Below, piece after piece: positions 59,569 through 64,000 of a stretch of DNA of 64,000 nucleotides. Below the pieces are notes generated by a model. The model ran no database searches. It saw only the letters and a list, made by a program, of their open reading frames with translations, and had not been told where the DNA came from. Each line of letters starts with the position of its first letter. Positions within the stretch are counted from its first letter, which is position 1. Made by a program: the position numbers and the translations under genes. Source of the stretch: Leptolyngbyaceae cyanobacterium (GTDB taxonomy: Bacteria > Cyanobacteriota > Cyanobacteriia > Phormidesmidales > Phormidesmidaceae); the NCBI GenBank assembly GCA_050331235.1, contig JBHJHA010000010.1, positions 20,195 through 84,194 on the forward strand, in the 5' to 3' direction.

Positions 59569-62500
59569 ATGGCACGGTGGCAATTTTGGATCGATCGCGG
59601 CGGCACCTTTACCGACATTGTGGCGCAGCGACCAGATGGTCAACTGGTGGTGCATAAGCTGTTGTCAGAGAACCCCGATCGCTATGCGGATGCTCCCCTG
59701 CAAGGCATTCGCGACCTGATGGGACTAGCGACGGACGAGCCCTTTCCCGCTGGGGAAATTGCGGCACTGAAAATGGGCACCACCGTTGCCACCAATGCGC
59801 TGCTAGAACGACAGGGCGATCGCACCTTGCTGATTATCACCGATGGCTTTCAAGATGCGCTGCGGATCGGCTATCAAAATCGACCTGACATCTTTGCCCG
59901 CCACATTCAACTGCCCGAAATGCTGTATGAGCGAGTCGTTGGCGTATCCGAACGTATCGGCGCCCACGGCGAAGTCCTGTTGCCCCTAACCACTGAGGCT
60001 GAGCAAACGCTAGTCAAACAGCTACGGAATGCCCATGATGGCGGCATTCGCGCCTGTGCGATCGTCCTCATGCATGGCTACCGCTACCCCATCCACGAAC
60101 AGCGCGTCGCGGAGCTCGCCAGCGAAATTGGCTTCACCCAAATTTCCGTTTCCCACCAAGTCAGTCCCCTGATGAAGCTTGTCAGCCGGGGGGACACCAC
60201 CGTCGTCGACGCCTATCTCTCCCCTATCCTGAGCCGTTACGTCGATCGCATTGCCGCCGCTCTTCAGTCCCCAGTCCCCAGTCCCCAGTCCCGACCCGCC
60301 GCTCCCCAAACAGAGGCCCCGCCCCCGCCTCGCCTCATGTTCATGCAGTCCAACGGCGGCCTCACTGATGCTGCTCTGTTTCAGGGGAAAGACAGCATCC
60401 TTTCTGGGCCTGCCGGGGGCATTGTCGGCGCGGTGCAAACCAGTCTGCGAGCAGGATTCTCCCAGATCATTGGCTTTGACATGGGTGGTACCTCCACAGA
60501 TGTCTCCCACTACAACGGCGAATACGAGCGCACCTTTGAAACAGAGGTGGCTGGAGTGCGGTTGCGGGCTCCGATGATGGCCATCCACACCGTGGCAGCG
60601 GGGGGCGGATCAGTGCTGCACTTTGACGGCAGCCGCTATCGGGTCGGTCCAGAATCAGCTGGGGCGTATCCGGGGCCTGCCTGCTATCGCAACGGTGGAC
60701 CACTTGCGGTGACTGACTGTAATGTGATGCTGGGCAAACTACAGCCCGCATGCTTTCCCCAGGTATTTGGCCCCACTGGAGATTTGCCGCTGGATGCCGA
60801 GACTGTTCGGGAGCAATTCACAGAGCTGGCCGATCGCAGTCATCAGGTCACCGGCGACTCGCGATCGCCCGCGCAAGTTGCGGCAGGGTTCCTAGCGATC
60901 GCCGTCGAGAAAATGGCCAACGCTATCAAGAAAATTTCAGTGCAGCGGGGCTATGATATTGCCGAGTATGCCCTATGTTGCTTTGGCGGTGCGGGTGGGC
61001 AACATGCCTGCCAAATTGCGGAAGCTCTCGGCATGACGGAAATTTTCATCCATCCCTATGCGGGGGTACTGTCGGCCTACGGCATGGGCCTGGCAGACAT
61101 TCGGGCGCTGCGAGAGCGATCGCTGGAGCTCCCGCTCACTGCCGATGCTGTACCCCAGCTAGAAACCGCCCTACATGAATTAGCTGCTTCCGGCTTAGCA
61201 GAGCTGCACCAACAAGGCATTGCCGTTGACTGGGAGCGGGCTGCCGCAGACCAGACCACCGCGCAGGTCATTTCCCGCGCTCATCTGAAATATGCCGGCA
61301 CGGATTCACCTTTGCTCGTGCCCGCTGGTCCGCTCGCCGTCATGTCGGCTGCCTTTGCCGAGCAACATCGCCAGCGCTATGGCTTTACCCAAGCCGATAA
61401 GGCCCTCATCATCGACAGTGTATCGGTGGAAGTGGTGGGCAAAACCGAGGCTCCACAAGCCCCGCAACTAACGGCCAAGCGCACTGCGCTGCTCTTGCCC
61501 CAGGCAACCGTGCCGGTCTATATGGGCGATCGCTGGCGTGACACCCCCATTTACCACCGTGACGATTTGTGTCCGGGCGACAGCATTTCAGGTCCCGCCC
61601 TGATCATCGAGGCTACCGGCACCAATGTCGTTGAACCCCACTGGCACGCCCAATTCACGGATCTTGGGGCCCTCGTGTTGCAGCACCAACCGGTTGCTGA
61701 TAAGTCATTGAGTCAGCAATCGCCAAAATCCTTTGCCCTGTCCACCCCGGACCCGGTGCGCCTCGAAATTTTCAACAACTTGTTTCGGGCGATCGCTGAG
61801 GAGATGGGAGTCACTCTGCAAAACACCAGCACTTCCGTCAATATCAAAGAGCGGCTCGACTTTTCCTGTGCCCTGTTCGACGCTGATGGTCAGCTTGTGG
61901 CCAATGCCCCCCACATTCCCGTACACCTCGGCTCCATGGGCGAAAGCGTCCAGAGCCTCATCCGCGCGCAAGGTAATGCGCTCCGCCCCGGCGACGTTTA
62001 CGAGCTGAATAATCCTTACAATGGCGGCACGCACCTGCCTGACATCACGGTGATTACGCCAGTTTTTCTGGAGCCGGTTCCCTCTCCTCTTTTCTATGTC
62101 GCCTCCCGCGGTCACCACGCCGACATTGGTGGTATCACTCCCGGCTCGATGCCGTCCCAAAGCCACGTCTTGGAAGAGGAAGGTGTCCTCATCGATAACT
62201 TTTTGCTGGTAGATCAGGGGACGTTTCGGGAGGCCGAGCTGCGGCAACTGCTTACCGATGCGCCTTACCCAGCGCGAAACGTAGAGCAGAATATTGCCGA
62301 TCTACAGGCTCAAATTGCCGCCAACGTCAAAGGTGTGGAAGAGCTGCGGCGGCTGGTCGAGCACCAGAGCCTGGAAGTTGTGCAGGCCTATATGGCCCAT
62401 GTGCAGGACAATGCCGAAGACTGCGTGCGGCGGGTGATCGATCGTCTCTCACCGGGCCAGTTTACCTATCCACTGGATGATGGCGGACACATTCAGGTGC

Positions 62501-63294
62501 GGATTGATATTGACTCGGCTAGTCGCAGTGCCACGATTGATTTCACCGGCACGTCAGCGCAGCGGGCGAGCAATTTCAACGCACCGGCGGCGGTGTGCAA
62601 GGCGGCGGTGCTGTATGTATTTCGGACTCTGGTGGACGACGACATTCCCCTGAATGCGGGCTGTTTGAAACCACTCAACATCATCATTCCAGCCGGCTCG
62701 TTGCTGAATCCGACGCCACCAGCGGCAGTCGTAGCGGGAAATGTGGAAGTGTCGCAGGCGATCGTCGATGCCCTGTACGGTGCGCTCGGCGTCATGGCGG
62801 GTTCCCAAGGGACGATGAACAACCTAACTTTTGGGAATGAGCGCTACCAGTATTACGAAACCATCTGCGGCGGCTCGGGTGCGGGGCCAGAGTTTGACGG
62901 TACCGATGCGGTGCATACCCACATGACTAACTCTCGGCTGACTGACCCGGAGGTGCTGGAGTGGCGCTATCCTGTGCTGGTCGATCGCTTCGAGATTCGT
63001 CGGGGCAGCGGTGGCGCGGGGCAGCAGCGGGGCGGTAATGGCATTCGGCGCAGCCTCCAGTTTCGAGAACCGATGACGGCGGCGATTCTCTCTAGCCATC
63101 GCAAGGTAGCTCCCTTTGGGCTGGCCGGAGGCGAGCCGGGCGCAATGGGACACAATCGGTTGGTTAAGGCTGACGGTGCCGAGGTGATGCTGGGCGGGCA
63201 GGATCAAGTGGATGCCGCAGTGGGCGATCGCCTCATCATTGAAACGCCGGGTGGTGGCGGCTATGGTCGACCCACATCTAATGTGACTCGCTGA
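59569..63294 (+). CDS. 5-oxoprolinase (fused hydantoinase A/B type)
   Basis: [62 protein letters not shown]. Confidence 0.96.
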   Translation: MARWQFWIDRGGTFTDIVAQRPDGQLVVHKLLSENPDRYADAPLQGIRDLMGLATDEPFPAGEIAALKMGTTVATNALLERQGDRTLLIITDGFQDALRIGYQNRPDIFARHIQLPEMLYERVVGVSERIGAHGEVLLPLTTEAEQTLVKQLRNAHDGGIRACAIVLMHGYRYPIHEQRVAELASEIGFTQISVSHQVSPLMKLVSRGDTTVVDAYLSPILSRYVDRIAAALQSPVPSPQSRPAAPQTEAPPPPRLMFMQSNGGLTDAALFQGKDSILSGPAGGIVGAVQTSLRAGFSQIIGFDMGGTSTDVSHYNGEYERTFETEVAGVRLRAPMMAIHTVAAGGGSVLHFDGSRYRVGPESAGAYPGPACYRNGGPLAVTDCNVMLGKLQPACFPQVFGPTGDLPLDAETVREQFTELADRSHQVTGDSRSPAQVAAGFLAIAVEKMANAIKKISVQRGYDIAEYALCCFGGAGGQHACQIAEALGMTEIFIHPYAGVLSAYGMGLADIRALRERSLELPLTADAVPQLETALHELAASGLAELHQQGIAVDWERAAADQTTAQVISRAHLKYAGTDSPLLVPAGPLAVMSAAFAEQHRQRYGFTQADKALIIDSVSVEVVGKTEAPQAPQLTAKRTALLLPQATVPVYMGDRWRDTPIYHRDDLCPGDSISGPALIIEATGTNVVEPHWHAQFTDLGALVLQHQPVADKSLSQQSPKSFALSTPDPVRLEIFNNLFRAIAEEMGVTLQNTSTSVNIKERLDFSCALFDADGQLVANAPHIPVHLGSMGESVQSLIRAQGNALRPGDVYELNNPYNGGTHLPDITVITPVFLEPVPSPLFYVASRGHHADIGGITPGSMPSQSHVLEEEGVLIDNFLLVDQGTFREAELRQLLTDAPYPARNVEQNIADLQAQIAANVKGVEELRRLVEHQSLEVVQAYMAHVQDNAEDCVRRVIDRLSPGQFTYPLDDGGHIQVRIDIDSASRSATIDFTGTSAQRASNFNAPAAVCKAAVLYVFRTLVDDDIPLNAGCLKPLNIIIPAGSLLNPTPPAAVVAGNVEVSQAIVDALYGALGVMAGSQGTMNNLTFGNERYQYYETICGGSGAGPEFDGTDAVHTHMTNSRLTDPEVLEWRYPVLVDRFEIRRGSGGAGQQRGGNGIRRSLQFREPMTAAILSSHRKVAPFGLAGGEPGAMGHNRLVKADGAEVMLGGQDQVDAAVGDRLIIETPGGGGYGRPTSNVTR
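60265..60292 (+). repeat. STRR1-type heptamer (CAGTCCC)x4 inside the oxoprolinase gene
   Basis: Four exact copies encoding QSPVPSPQS. Confidence 0.85.
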
Positions 63295-63458
63295 TGGTTT
63301 CCTTGAGTACGGTCAATGTCGCTATTTGGGCCAAAGTCATCTCGCAAAATAGAGCCGAACAAGGCCAACTCAGTGATTTTCCAGCGCTGACAGAAAGCCG
63401 GCAACTGCTCGTAGGGCAATGGATATGTCGTCGCTAATGGCTGAATCGTTGCTGACAT
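63261..63458 (-). pseudogene. Truncated minimal nucleotidyltransferase (MNT antitoxin-like)
   Basis: [28 protein letters not shown], then loses similarity and runs into the oxoprolinase 3' end; no HEPN partner. Confidence 0.8.
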
Positions 63459-63503
63459 GGATAGACAGGCAATACCAATTCTGCAAGCTAGCGCTACAGC
63501 TCG

Positions 63504-63597
63504 AAGATCCCCCGCTGTCGCCGCCCCCTTGAAGAAGAGGGCTCTACACCCACTGAGTGGGAATGCCCCTCTTTTTAAGGGGGGTTGGGGGGATCTT
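63504..63597. repeat. ~94-bp MITE-like element with 10-bp terminal inverted repeats
   Basis: AAGATCCCCC...GGGGGATCTT; internal CCCCTCTTTTTAAGGGGGG hairpin; second copy at 25816. Confidence 0.7.
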
Positions 63598-63893
63598 TCC
63601 CAGGTGTAGATGCATCGTTCAATTTCAAAGAATTGATATAACTTGAGTTAGCCCTAGTGTAGTCTGTCAACCCGGTGCTCCTTGGCGACATAACCATATC
63701 TTGGGCAGCATTGGGTGAGCCCCTCTGCATCGCTGGCCGACGATGCGGAGAACTCTCGCCGGAAGCCGTTAGCCGCAGCCGTAGCCCGATGCGGAGAACT
63801 AAGCTTAAATAGAGAAAATTTGCTGAAAGGTTCCAGGTCTCAGGGCCGATCAGGCCTTTCCAAAGTCCCACCTCGGAATTCTGAACTCTATCT

Positions 63894-64000
63894 ATGTCAG
63901 ATCGCGGCAAATACCACGGTCAACGCCTCACGGCAAAACAGGTGCTGAGCTACTACGCCACCGGAGAGCGAGACTTTAGGGGAGCCATTTTGCGCGGCTG
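63894..64000 (+). CDS. Probable pentapeptide-repeat protein, 5' part (runs off the window)
   Basis: MSDRGKYHGQRLTAKQVLSYYATGERDFRGAILRG; Y..GERDF.G..L.G is the usual lead-in of cyanobacterial pentapeptide proteins. Confidence 0.7.
   Translation, partial: MSDRGKYHGQRLTAKQVLSYYATGERDFRGAILRG

Noticed and set aside
1..64000. CRISPR array, tRNA or rRNA
   Set aside because: No regularly spaced repeats or RNA-gene hallmarks seen; the recurring GCGATCGC is HIP1

Overview
Ordinary-looking chromosomal window from a cyanobacterium. The HIP1 octamer GCGATCGC is very frequent, STRR1-type heptamers occur, and the gene set is cyanobacterial, probably a filamentous Leptolyngbya/Nodosilinea-like strain (inference). 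Housekeeping content: ureAB, ndk, nanE, pgl, 1-Cys peroxiredoxin, a cyanoexosortase B/Wza/Wzc polysaccharide locus, coxBAC, an orphan sdhA, pmbA, folB, proA, a non-canonical PRK, ald, menA-menC-menE plus DHNA-CoA thioesterase, and 5-oxoprolinase. The most informative part is the accessory zone at about 28.5-34.9 kb. It holds (i) a decayed DUF433/DUF5615 toxin-antitoxin pair, (ii) an AT-rich ~324-aa putative His-Me-finger nuclease gene that only appears after removing a 1316-bp IS4-family element (18-bp TIRs, 9-bp TSD) and correcting one frameshift, and (iii) an AT-rich sulfotransferase-like + acetyltransferase cassette bracketed by a ~170-bp direct duplication of the overlapping 3' ends of two convergent host genes. 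Other points of interest are katG split by one in-frame TAG, a tandem membrane-GTPase pair, a FecR + CHASE2-GGDEF-EAL module, a Wzc lacking its tyrosine cluster, and two copies of a ~90-bp MITE-like element. No rRNA, tRNA or CRISPR array was seen. All family assignments come from motif recognition by eye, not from database searches.
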